Below are positions 12,975-25,639 of a DNA stretch of 64,000 nucleotides, piece by piece. The DNA lies in assembly GCF_000143415.4 (NCBI RefSeq), contig NW_003314266.1, positions 704,463 through 768,462 on the forward strand, given 5' to 3'. The translations under genes were made by a program, and so were the position numbers. Within the stretch, counting starts at the first letter, position 1; each line of letters starts with the position of its first letter. The notes below the pieces were generated by a model. It had not been told where the DNA came from. It made no database searches and saw only the letters and a program-made list of their open reading frames with translations. This DNA comes from Selaginella moellendorffii (lineage: Eukaryota > Plantae > Lycopodiophyta).

Positions 12975-15900
12975 TCGGGACCGAGACCGAGACCGAGGCC
13001 GAGGCCGAGGCCGAGACCGAGGCCGAGCCCGAGTCCGAGTCCGAGTCCGAGTCCGAGTCCGAGTCCGAGTCCGAGTCCGGAGCCTGAGAGGGTGAAAGCC
13101 CAAAGCGTTCGTCTCCCAGACCCTGGGGGGTTTGGTGAGCTCCAAAAGTATAGTAGGGGGAGGACTGTAGTGGAGCCAGTTTGGCCAGGAAAGGCCAGTT
13201 TGGCCAGGAAAGGCCAGTTTGGCCCAGGAAGGCCGGACCCAGTGTTGGGTGATGAGCTGCCCACTGGGAAGTCCAAGACTAGAGTGAACACGGACCGACA
13301 AGTGGGGTAGCTTGGTGAAGTGTTCAAGAGCCGGCTCTAGTTCCCCCGGGAGATCGATTGGCCGATGCTCCCAGTCCAAGTGTGGGTGGCACTACCTACT
13401 TGGATACCTAGTGTGGCTCAACGGAACCCGCTCTAAGCCCATGGCTAGAGCACCCAAGGGCAGAAGGCGAGGAGAGTACCCAGGTGGCTCGCGTAAGGCC
13501 ACGGTGTTCCGAAATGTTGTCCCAAAGGCCCAGACTGTGGAAAGGAAGAGGAGCAGTCCTCTGGGGTAGTGACCAAGGACACAGTCGTGTGGTGAGGAAG
13601 TCCCAGAGGACCGTGGGACTTAGTGGTCGGGCCTGTGGGTCTCGATCCAGTGGCAGTGTTGGCAAACACGGCCAGGGGCAGAAAGGGACTTAGTGGGGAC
13701 TGACAGAGGGATATTGGGGAAGGCTATTCCCCTTTTCGGTGGGCACCCTAAGGATGCTAAGGAGTGGATCTGAGATGACCACTCACGGATGGTTTGCCTA
13801 ATCTTGGAGAGCCAAGACGGTGATGCAAGTGGTATTGGACTACCAGTGTGGCAAAGGTGATTGGGCATGGCCTTAGCGTAACGGGCTGCTATGTCGGTGG
13901 TACATTTAAGTGTCGGTCATGGGATCGGACACGTGGAGCACTTGGACCAAGTGCAAATGTTGAGTGGCATGGATGCCATTCTCGGGGCTAGCAAGTCCCA
14001 AGTCCTGGATTGGACTTATGGAGGTTGTGAATGAGACTCCTCCAAGTGGTCAGAGGTGTGGTTAAGTGACTAAAGTAGAATGGAAAATTTAGTCGCTTAT
14101 AGTTTACTTGTTAAAGATGTGATTTACATCAAATTGCTTAATCCATCCTTTTTCTAATTTTTTTTTGTGTTGTATTAAAGGCTTCTAGCAAATCCATTTC
14201 CTTATTCTTCCTTGATATATTCTTATTCCCTTTCATTGCCATTTTTGTTAACATTTTCTTTATATCTTTTACTTTTATATCTATCTCTAAGTCATGTTTA
14301 CCCATCCCTTGTTCGAAATCAATTTTCATGAACTCATGAACTTGAGATAGTCATTTGAGATTTAATCAAGGCATCACAGACAATTTTATAATTTGAATAG
14401 TAATCTTGTGGGGATGAAATGAAAGTTTCTCTCAGTTAAAAAAGTTGGAGAGAAACTATTCTAGACCAAATAGTTTCTCTCCAACAAAGAAATTAGATAA
14501 ATCATTGATATCAAATAGTTTCACTATTTATTTTGTGGGATTTAGCAAAAAGGCTTTTAAAATAAATATATATATATAAATAAGGGATAAAATAGGAGGA
14601 TTACTGATACAGTTCTCTACAGATGATAGTTGGGTGCTGCAAAACTATACGTTGCTCTGAGTTTCTCAGAAAATAAAAAACTCTATAAAAGTATATGATA
14701 TATTAATTGGGACTAAATGCTATATAAATAAGTAAAATAAAGAAGTTGAAAATGCAAAAAAAGAGAGAAAATGCCATTTAGTACTGAATAATTATAAAAT
14801 GAAAAAGTTTACTTGAATGCAAATCACGTAAGGTTTAATTCATGAATCTCATATGCAAAACACCAATTTACCATTCTAAATATGTTGATAGTATATTGAC
14901 TCCTAAGGAAATATTTTTTTTTACCTCATTTAAGCAAATTCCAAAATCTTGGTGATCCAAATTTGCCTCTTACATAAAAAACAAAAATAATTATTATCTT
15001 TAGAAACTCTTCAATTCTTCTATTCGTTTGGCTATTCTAAAAAGTCCACTAACTATTTTTTATGCACATTTGCCAAGTGATAAAGTTAAAAGTAGTCACT
15101 ATTTTTATTTAGTTCTTTCCAATGTGCACTTTATTAAACACAATAGGTACTTCCAAAAGAGCATGTCATATTGATTACAGATTTTTTAGATAGCCAACCT
15201 TTTTGTTTCTTTAGTGGACATATTTAGTTTTCTCCATAGCTTTGAGAATGTTATTTTCAAGTTTATTTTATTTAGAAGAAATTAAATAAATTAAACAAAA
15301 TCAACTAGAAATAAATATTTAAACCGCATACCAGAAAAAGAGCTTGACAATAAACCAATGTGTTAAAAGGTGCTAAATATTTCTCCTTTTACCTTTCATT
15401 TCATTTTGTGAATCACAATTGATTCATCCCTCAAGGTATTGTTAAGTTTTTCTTTTGTGATATCTTTGTTGTCATAGAAGATAAATGCTATAAAGAGTGT
15501 TTTGATCTTTGTTGTTATAGTAGATAAATGCCATAAAAATTTTTTAGGAGGCCACTTTTTTGACCACCATGTTTATTGATATTGCAAAAAGATTCATGAA
15601 AATACCATTCAAAACTAAAAAATAAAAAAGATATTACTTATTCACATAATGCATGGTTTGATATAATTGTAGCACATTCTTGTCTTTCAATTCAAGAAAG
15701 GACTTCTCCACCTAAACATGTTTTTCTTTGTTAAAAGGAAAAATATGATTAAAATCACAATAGTCTAAACCTTTTATGGATGTGTTACAAAGAATATTGT
15801 AGGTTATACTATGATTTCTTCTTTAGTATTGAAGTTAGTTCATGCGAGACTTGTGATCATTATTAGGCAAGATTTAGCTAAAAACTTCTTTGAGCTTTTG

Positions 15901-17252
15901 GTTCCTTGAGTTTTCATGTTTGTAGTTCATTTATTTAAAGTTGTTGGGGAAGGCATTTTGGTTTATTAATTTCGATATTAAAGTTGGCTTTTGCATATAA
16001 TAATCATTGATGATGATTGACTATTATCTAGAATAGTTGATTACTCTTGTCAAAAGTTTTACTTAATTATTGTTGATCTAGAATGATTTACCATTCTTCA
16101 GGATGGTGGATTCTTTTCTTTAATAATGAATATGCATCTCTCTATTGATGGGTTGATTGATGATCTTTTATGATAGTTAGTTATTTTTTTTGATGGTTTT
16201 TAGCTTTTTGCATTACCACATGTTTTTTGTGGTTTGCTCTGAATTGGTCTTTTGGGTTTAAGATAACAGTAGGATGTTGTTGACGTTTGCTTGAGCAACT
16301 TTGGTTCCTTAGTCACATTCGCGACAGCATTGCCATTGTTGATGGTGCTGCTACATAGGATCATTCTGTTAAAAAATGAGCAAGGGAGAGTTTAGAGGAT
16401 ATGAGAGCAAGGAAATACAAAAAAGAACCTTGACAATTATCTAGAAAGAATCCCTTTTCAAGTGTTTGGAGAAAGGATCTAAGGGGAATTTATCTTTGTG
16501 TGTCAAAGAGAGAAGATGCTAAGAGAGACAGCTAGCTAGCTGGGATATTCCACTAGGCAAGTGGTTAAATTAAACTTTATTTGCTATAAGATCTTTGGTT
16601 CCAGAAAAACTAGAAGGCACTGTTTAGTAAAATAAATAAATTTTGCCATGTATTGCATTATAGAAATGCTTGGTTTGCTTTTGTTTTAAATATTTTTATT
16701 ATAATATATAATTTAGACTAATAATATATAATTTTGTCTATTCATGGACTCAAGACGTTTCTCAAGAGTTTAATCTACATTATTCTTAACAACAAGCTTA
16801 ATCTCTACCCAAGTTGATGGAAAGAGGTTTCACTTCTTTAAAAGGTAGTTTTCCTTCTTTTTTTTTCTACTTCTCTTCATTGCATTTTCCTTTGCAGCTA
16901 AAAATGAGCATAGCTACATTTGTTTGTAGACAAAATGTCAACAATATCTTCCAATGATCTTCCAATTTGCATCACTAATGATTCTAGGTATAAAATTGAG
17001 AGGTGTGAAGTGGATTGGATCTTTGCCAATATTTTGATGGCTCTGGAGGATAATGAACTCTGGGCCAAGCAAGGTTGAGTCCAACTCCTCATAATTGGTC
17101 CAAACTCTGGACTTTTGCTAGGGTTCTTAGACATCAGTGCTAGTATAGGAGATATTGAGATCACCATCAATGAGTTATGGTTGGTATTGCAATATCATAT
17201 GTTTCTTTGACTATTAGTTGGAACAAGTTGCTTAGGGATTGAGAGCTTAAGA

Positions 17253-18501
17253 TGTCAAGACCCCCAACAAGATCAAGATTGGAAAATGCAAAAGACAAAA
17301 AGAAAAGCTAGTGGAAAAGAAGAAGAAGCCTTAGACTGGCGTTGATTCAAATTGTGGAGAAATGGAACAAAGCTAACCTATATATATTATAGGTTGATGA
17401 AGCTCCACCACTCTTGGATCGAAGACGGCCTAAATATAGTTGAGGTCGAGGAGGCACCATGTCATCATCAGGAATGTGGCTCGAGACTCAGGAATCGTAC
17501 GGGAAATCAGAGAGTCAGGAATAGGGAAGTGTCTCAAGAGTCAGGAATAGGAAAGTGTCTCAAGAGTCAGATATGTGGTCTGCAGGTCAGGAATCCGGCG
17601 AGAGTCAGGAATGTGGCAAGAATTGAGGGATTCCTGACAGCACCCCCTCCTCAAGAACAAGTGGAACGAGGACGTGAATGAGAACGAAGAGGAGGATGAG
17701 ATGGGCGGTGAGGGAGCCATGTCCCAAACTTGATTTCAAACGCCTCAGTCCTTTCCCTATTATTGCCATCATTAATCCTGTCACTTATCGCCTTAACAAG
17801 GGTAAGGATATTGAACCAGTCATCCTGATGATATTTGATGAAGCACTTTAGGAATTATTCTAACGTCTAAATTGTTCGCTCGAACTGTCCATCAGTTTGA
17901 GGATGATACGCCAAAGAAAGGTTGGCCTTCACTCCAAGCAGTTGCAAGAACCATTGCCAAAAATGGGAGATGAACTAAGGTCCCCGATCCAAAACCACAT
18001 TTGCAGGAATCCCATGAAGTCGGAAAATTTCCCTGAATACTAGTTTTGCCATGTCCTTGCCCGAAAACTCCTTGGTACACAGCAGGAAGTGTGCCATCTT
18101 TGTGAAGCGATCCACCACGACTAAAATGTTGTTGAAGCCTCCAAAACTCAGAAGATCACTCAAGAAATCCATGGAGATGGATTCCCAAGGACCTGAAGGG
18201 ACCGGGAAGGAACAAAGCAAACCTGAAGGAAGGTGGCAAGGTACTTTATTCCGGGCGCAAGTGTCACAGGAGGTAACAAAAACTTTGATGTGGTCGTCCA
18301 TGTGAGGCCACCAAAAGACCCATGCAACTAGCTCATAGGTTTTTGCAATGCCAAAGTGACCATCAGTCGAGCTATCGTGGCATGCCATCAGGACCAACCT
18401 TTGAGCATCACCTTTAGGAAAGTAAAGCTGCTCCCCACGGTAAAACAAGCCATCTAAGAACTCAAACTCGTCAAATCACCGGCAGTCAGGAGTCACTGTG
18501 T
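17253..18501 (-). mobile_element. Truncated Ty3/Gypsy 3' end: integrase fragment, PPT and ~390-bp 3' LTR (17253-17639)
   Basis: ORF 17975-18448 has CHDS..GHFG..KT, CDTC, PWESISMDF, VVVDRFTKMAHF, then SSAYHPQTDGQ. On the minus strand PPT GAGGAGGGGGTGC is followed by TGTCAGG...TTGACA. Confidence 0.8.
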
Positions 18502-21500
18502 TGTAAGCGACTAATTTTTCCATTCTACTTTAGTCACTTAACCACACCTCCGACCACTTGGAGGAGTCTCATTCACAACCTCCATAAGTCCAACTCAGGA
18601 CTTGGGGCTTGCTAGCCTCGAGAATGGCATCCATGCCACTCAACCTTAGCACTTGGTCCAAGTGCTCCCCGTGTCCGATCCCATGATCGACACCCCAAGG
18701 TATCACCGACATATCGGCCCGTTACGCTAAGGCCTTACCTATTCACCTTGGTCACACCGATGGTCCAACACCACCTACATTGCAATCCCGTCTCTCATAG
18801 ACTAGGCCATCCATCCATGAGTGATCATCCTAGATCCACTTCTTAGCATCCTTAGGATGCTTGCAGACTTGGGGAATAACCTTCCCCAATATCTCTTTTC
18901 CAGTCCCCACCAAGTCCCTCTCTGTCGATGGCCGTGTTCACCAACACTGCCACTGGATCAAGGTCCGTAGGCTCGACCTCTAAGTCCAACTGTCCTCTAG
19001 GACTTCTTCACTTGGTGACTGTGTCCTTTGTCACCGCACCAGAGGGCTACTCCTCTTCCTTTCCACAGTCTGGGACTTTGGGACAACATTTCGGAACACC
19101 GTGGCCTTACACAAGCCTCATGGGTACTCTCCCCAACTTTTGCCTTTAGGTGCTCTAGCCATGGGCTTAGAGCGAGGTTCCGTTGAGCCACGACAGGTAT
19201 CCAAGTAGGTAGTGCCACCCACACTTGGACTGGGAGCATCGGCCAGTCGATCTCCCGGGGGAACTAGAGCCGGCTCTTGAACACTTCACCAAGCTACCCC
19301 GCTTGTCGATTTGTGTTCACTCTAGTCTTGGACTTCCCAGTGGGCAGCTCATCACCCAACACTGGGTCCAGCCTTCCTGGGCCAAACTGGCCTTTCCTGG
19401 CCAAACTGGCCTTTCCTGGCCAAACTGGCTTCACTGCAGTCCTCCCCCTACTATACTTTTGGAGCTCACCAAACCCCCCAAGGTTTGGGAGACGAACGCT
19501 TTGGGCTTTCACCCTCTCAGACTCAAACTCAGACTTGGCCTCAGACTCGGACTCGGACTCGGACTCGGACTCGGATTCGGACTCAGACTCGGACTTGGCC
19601 TCGGCCTCGGGCTTGGCCTCGGTCTCGGTCTCGGTCCCGATCTCAGTCTCGGTCTCGGTCCCGGTCTCGGTCTCGGTCCCGGTCTCGACTTCGGACTCCA
19701 TCTCGGGTCCATCTCAGACTCCATCTCGGACTCCATCGCGGGTCCATCTCAGGTCCATCTTGGACTCCATCTCGGACTCCATCTTGGGTCCATCTCAGAC
19801 TCCACCTTGGACTCCATCTCAGGTCCTTCTCGGACTCCATCTTGGACTCCATCTCGGGTCCATCTCGGGTCCCATCTCGGGTCCATCTCAGGTCCATCTC
19901 GGACTCCATCTCGGACTCCATCTCGGGTCCATCTCGAGTCCACCTTGGACTCCACCTCGAACTCCACCTCGGACTCCAACTCGGGTCCATCTCGGACACT
20001 TCCACGTGTCATATGTTGGTCCTTTTGGGTCCCTTTTTGGAGCCTCGCTTATTGCTTGCTTTGTGCTCATTCCTCGAGCACTTCGTTGGGAGTTTCACTC
20101 CCACTCTCGACCTTTTCAAGTCGGAGCTTTTAGTCCAAACGTGTTACGCTCGTTTGGCTTTTGCTTTAGCCACTACCATGTGGCACCCTTTCGGCTCCAC
20201 TTTGGGGCCTAGGGATTTTGTGTTTCACAACTCCACCACCCATAGACAAAGTTCGATGTCCTCATCAAATGGTAAACCCTTTCATAAAGTAATACCCACA
20301 CATGTTACCATTTCCATCCTTGGCACCCAGCCAATATTTGTCTATGGTTTGACACCAAAGGCTCACCATGCCTTGTCCATCCCCTAAGGAGCATAGCCTC
20401 CCCGACTTAGAGGCTCATTCGACCACTTGTGGTGGTTCTCTCCTTTTATTAGTTTAGTTCTCACTAAACCTGTTAGAAACACCTTCTCTAACTCGATCCC
20501 ACTATACATTTTCGAGTGGTCTCACTTTCCATCGATATAACCCTTGCACTTTGGAACTTTTAATTCTTGACTTCTCGAAGTCAATTTCCTAGGTGTCTTT
20601 GACACCTTGCATTGCACATATTATGCAACTCCACTTCCCCATTTTAGGAAGTCCTCTACTCGAGGGCAACATCATCCTCTCTTCAATTTCGTGCCACCTT
20701 TGGCACTGAGTTCCGGTTATCATAATTTGTGCTAGGGCTGTCCACGGCCCTATCTTTTGGCTACTTTGCTGCTCCCTCACTTGGAGCTTTTACTTCGCCA
20801 AATTGGAGCACTTAGGAATCCATTCTTGGAAGTCCACTTCCTTTCCCACAAGCTGTTAGCATCAAACACATTAGTGTTCCTTGGCTAGCTTTGTCATTTG
20901 GATCCCTTTCATTAAATTCTATGGCCCAAACTTGGCCACTAGTCCTTTGCTTCTATCCTTGATTGTTGCAACCAACAACACAGGATCACTATCTCCATTT
21001 TTGAGGTATCCCTTCGGTTCCATAGCAAAGACTCTTCTTTGCCAAGTCCGGAGGATGTTCACTCCTAGTACGTCTCTTTAGCATCTTCTGCTATGGGCTC
21101 TATCCACGGCCCAACTTCGTGACCCTCCCATGGGTCTCTTATAGAGATTACTTTCCTTGGACTCACTATGCCATCGCATGGACATAGTTTATTTCCCTTA
21201 TATGCCCTTTCCACTTGATCACTTTGACCAAGCCACACCATCTTAAATAGTTCAAATCAACATTTTGAACCAGGAACTTCCTTCCTTAGCCAACCAAGGA
21301 CCTTGTCCTTATTTGGCCATAAAATCACCTAGTGATCTCACCTTAGCACATTAACAGAGTTGCCAAGAGGTACTTGGTCTTCTAGACCTTCAAGTTGTTG
21401 ACCATAACCCCGGGGGCATCCCCCACACTTGGCGGTGCACCCAAGCCAGCCCTTACGGCCAAGGGTCCATAGCAACTGAGATTAGGTGTCCCCATCTCAC

Positions 21501-21691
21501 TCACCATGTCCTTGGTGCCACTTGCACCAAAGCGTTTAAGTTAGATATGCTGAGCTTTCACACTAAGCAATCTAACTGTGCATCACGACTCCGAGGCATC
21601 CTTCGCTTGGCGGTGTGCCCAAACCAGTCTCCCTACTGAGAGTCCATGACCACCGAAATATGAGTGTCCTCATATTCCAAACCATCACCAC
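18502..21691 (-). mobile_element. Inverted, 5'-truncated and more diverged copy of element A (3' LTR 18502-20229 plus 3' internal region)
   Basis: Reverse complement of LTR A from TGTAAGCG to TTTCACA, followed by reverse-complement PPT and homology to 10790-12332. Confidence 0.9.
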
Positions 21692-21779
21692 TACGCCAAC
21701 TTACTGGAGAATACTAGGTCCGGAAAGAGAACCTGAAAGATCTATGGTAGCATGTGGTCAACCTAAAGTATGATGATGA

Positions 21780-24700
21780 GTTGTGCATCTCCAATGAAAG
21801 TGGCTTGCCTAAACTTGAGATCTGTGGCCAACTTCATGGCACTGATAGCTACCAAATATTTGTTTAGCTGATGTCATTGGCAAAGTGATAGAGAGGTTGG
21901 CTATTTTGTTCTTAGTAGAATTAATCATCCAAACTCCAATGCTGGCAACTTGGATTTTGGGACAGGAGGCATTATTGAAATAAGCTGTAATCATAGGAGT
22001 GTCCTCTTCCTCAAATAAAGATGTTGGGGACACCACATTTGGCAAGCTCGTCTCTGGCAAGTCAGGGAAGAACATTGCTGTTGAATCCGAGGCCTTTATC
22101 TCTTGCTCTCTTTGCTTCTGATGCTCTAAGTGTGCAATCTCTAATGCAAGGGCTAAAGATGAGTATTCTGCTAGTGAGGGAAGATCCTCCACTGAAGTCA
22201 AGTCCAAGTCTGGGGCTGAATCTTTAATGTAATACACTTCGATCTATACCAGGGCTCCACAATAGGAAATTCTGAAGTCAAAGAGATATAACTTGCATGC
22301 AACATGTCCAATTGGCTTCATTCTTTCTACTAGCTATTTGCCTAAATGTTACCCTTTGCCTCTAATAAACAGTATGACAAAATACACTCTGAATCATCGG
22401 CTACAGCAATTTAGTGAGAAGATGCTAGCTGTGTGACACCTTCGACAGTTGCTGAAGAGAATTGAGTTTGGCTGCATCCTCTGAAAATTGGACCTGGTCT
22501 AGAGTGATTGTATCATCAAGCTCTATGAGAGAGAGTTGGTCCCATGCAAGAGACAAATCAAGAAGCCCTTCCTCAATCAGAAACATTCCAAAAAGTTGGA
22601 TGTGGAAGCCGGCACTTTATAAGCCCCGCCATCAAATAAAAAGGGTGTGGCTAGAGGCTTGGCCTTACTCTCAAATAAAGAGAGTGAGGCTGAGAGATGT
22701 CCAGAGCTGTTTGACTCACCTCCAACAATGTCAATCGTATTGCATGAGAAAACATCCATCATATATATGGGTGACTCCACTACTAACTCAAGGAAAATCT
22801 TTATGAGCTCAGGAGGAAAATGTGGTGTGGCAACTATCTTAGCCTGAACCTTCTGGGTGTGATAAGAAAGAACTTTGCCATGGTTGTTGAGAAATGTGGT
22901 GCTATGGATTCCAATGCTAATTACCATCCTACCTTTTGCACTATTGATGGTGCAATGGGCTGTGACTTGCCATGAGTGGCCAAGGATGATAGATTCCTTC
23001 AAAGAGGACGTTTGAAGATGCTGGTAGTCAACCATGAGGAAATCTACCTAAAAAATAACACCCTGCACCAAGACCTTGACACCATAGCAAATACCCGCTA
23101 GAGGAATAGTGTGATTGGCAAAGGTTTTGAGCATGATGGAGGAGCTCTCAATGATCTATAGCTGTGTTGAGAGGGTAGTTTCAAGAGAGATAATGTTGTT
23201 TCTAGAACTAGAGTCAACCAAAGTGTCCATCTTGCAAGAGGAAGTACCAATCTGCACCAGAAAGAAGAATGGACCAAGATTTCCACCATATTTTGTCATG
23301 TCAACAATGTGCACCTCTTGAGGAGTCCTACAAAGGGTGCTCTATGGTGTTCCTAACTATGCAAAATCCTCCAAACACTGGCTGAATCCAGAGATAAAGC
23401 ACAACATTTCTCAAGTGAAAAGGTGATGGGAATGTCAACCAACTACTGAAGAACTGGCTCCGAAACATGAATAGCTATTGGTGAGATCCTAGGAGGAGAA
23501 GAGAGTAGTGACTTGAAGGGGAGTATATAAGCCACCCTCTATGTCACTAGATTTGGTGCTAACAAAGATTCACTCTCAACCGATGCCAGGGGATCCACAA
23601 AAGGTTGAGCGGCTGCCTTCTTCTTCACTTGGGCTCAAGTGGCTGCAATTTGTTGCTACTATTTATAGAGTTCCTCAGCTACCAAAATCATGTTGACTAA
23701 TGAGGCTAGCGCCTTGCCTTCGCTTGACAAAGGGGCTACCTCGATTGCTTGTTACTCCAACTACTCTTGGTATATCTCTAGACCACAAGATGGTGTGGAG
23801 TTGTCAATAGAGGGATGTTGTTGGACATGTTGAGAAGGTGGAGGCCAAAGCTCTAGGTGAAGCTTGAAGTAGCACTGTGTGTTATGTGTGTTTGTCTCGT
23901 AGTGAGTGCACCAATGGGACTTGAATCGGCATTCCTGAGTTGTAGTAGCCTCTTTTCTGGACTCCACTAGCTCCTAGAGTAGCTTGTCATGGTGTTATTA
24001 TTACTGAAAAATGATCTCCTTCAGCTATTGCATCTTGTTAGCGAAGTTCTCAATAGTCAGAAGTGTATGTTCAATAGTGATGGGCTTTGGTGTTGACGGG
24101 TTTCCAACTTTGTGGCAAATGAAAATGCCTCACAGCAAGACCTGAATCTCTTTTAAGAAATTTCCATTGTAAGTTCCCACACAAACCCGCTGTGAATACT
24201 GTGATCCTCTACTACTTGTCTTGGACCACTCTATGATCCCAACACTGCTTCTAGTATGCTTGAAATCAGGTGATGTAGTCAGGAATAGACTTGTGAGCAC
24301 TCTGTCGGAATGAAAAGAGGTCAACAAGTAGCCGCTTTGCAAGTTTTTCTTCAATGAAACATTCTCTGAAAGAAGCAAATAGTGTCTGGAAGTTCGTTAA
24401 GTCTTTTGGGAGAAGAGAATCTGCCTAAGTTGCCACTTTGACTTTGAGAGACTACAAGAAGTCACAATATATACAATCATCATCGATGATCATGTTTGTG
24501 GTGTAGTAGTAATCAAAGTGATTGATATGTGATGCTAGAGAGACTGTTCTAACATTTGAGAAGGTTTGCAAATCACTCCCCTTCTACAAAACATGGAGTT
24601 GGGGTCGAGCTAAAGGTGGCTATGCCATAGCTTGTAGATCTATGTCACTAGAATATGCCGAGGATGAAGAAGATTCAGCTCGAGAAGGTGCCATGTTGTA

Positions 24701-25619
24701 CTGAAGCTACCTCTGGATGCTAGAAAGTTTACTTTATACCTTAAGGCTTTTAGATATGATAAAAGAGTGCTAATTTGTAACATATCTAGTCTATACCGGC
24801 ATCAAATACCTTGAACATTGCAAATGCATGGTTAAGGTAATTGGGTTGACAAGAGCAATAAGACTATAGACTTCTTCAAAGCATAGAAAGAAGAGTCCTT
24901 AGCCAAAATAAATGGCCTAGAACCTTTTACCTTGTTCATAAGTTGCTCAAAACTGCCTAAAATGCCCGTGACAAAGATAAACAAGTTTAAAATGGAAGTA
25001 GATGTAGGCCAGCTAGTAAACATGCTTTAGAATGCATGCCAAAAATTCATGCCACAAATGCATGCCACAAGTATGCCACAAATTCTCCCAAATCCAATAC
25101 CAAGAATCACTTTTACTTATAAATCTAAGCTAGATTTACAAACCTAAATGCATTATCTTAAGAAAGTGGGCCGAAAATTTAAGCGAGAAAGGAGAAACCC
25201 CAAAATATTCACTAAACCAAGTCAAGAAATGTTATATCTCCTCAAGTACTGCACAATTTGATAAGCACCATAGCTTGTTGGAAAGAGGAGCTCAAGAGTT
25301 ATCCAACGTGCCTAAGATCAAGCAAAACCATTGCAACACAAACAAGAAATTGCTTCTCAAATTTTGCAGCTAAAAAGAAAAGAGAGAAATGATGCAATAG
25401 AAAGCACTACATGTTATGTCGAGTTCACCATTTATGGGGGGAAGAAGGGGCACCCCCCCCAACACTCGCTCAAACATAAAAAATGCTTTAATGCTCTTCA
25501 CAAATGCCCCCCCTTTACCCTTGTGGGGCAAGGGTTTTATACAAGGAAAATAAGGAATATTCTAGGAATTGGAATATTTTCTCTCTCACTCTCACCCTCT
25601 AAGTGGCTATGCCCTAACA
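21780..25619 (-). mobile_element. Degenerate 5' half of Tat-like Gypsy (5' LTR ~25432-25619, gag, protease, extra RNase H); same family as 34327-64000
   Basis: Colinear homology to ~59840-64000 (ITAYF.., DTLVDSSS). The short LTR matches 34327-34518. Confidence 0.85.
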
Positions 25620-25639
25620 ATAGAATGACCTAGTCCCCA

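Larger units (their letters stand above)
6388..14101 (+). mobile_element. Complete non-autonomous LTR retrotransposon (LARD-like), element A
   Basis: LTRs 6388-8189 (TG..CA) and 12333-14101 (TG..TA). TSD GTTTA at 6383-6387 and 14102-14106. PBS TGGTATCGGAGC at 8193-8204, PPT ATGGGTGGTGGAGT at 12319-12332. The 4.1 kb interior has no recognisable pol ORF. Confidence 0.92.

Noticed and set aside
14107-17250. AT-rich region (and 5200-6387) as a decayed DNA transposon
   Set aside because: No TIR, TSD or convincing protein motif found.
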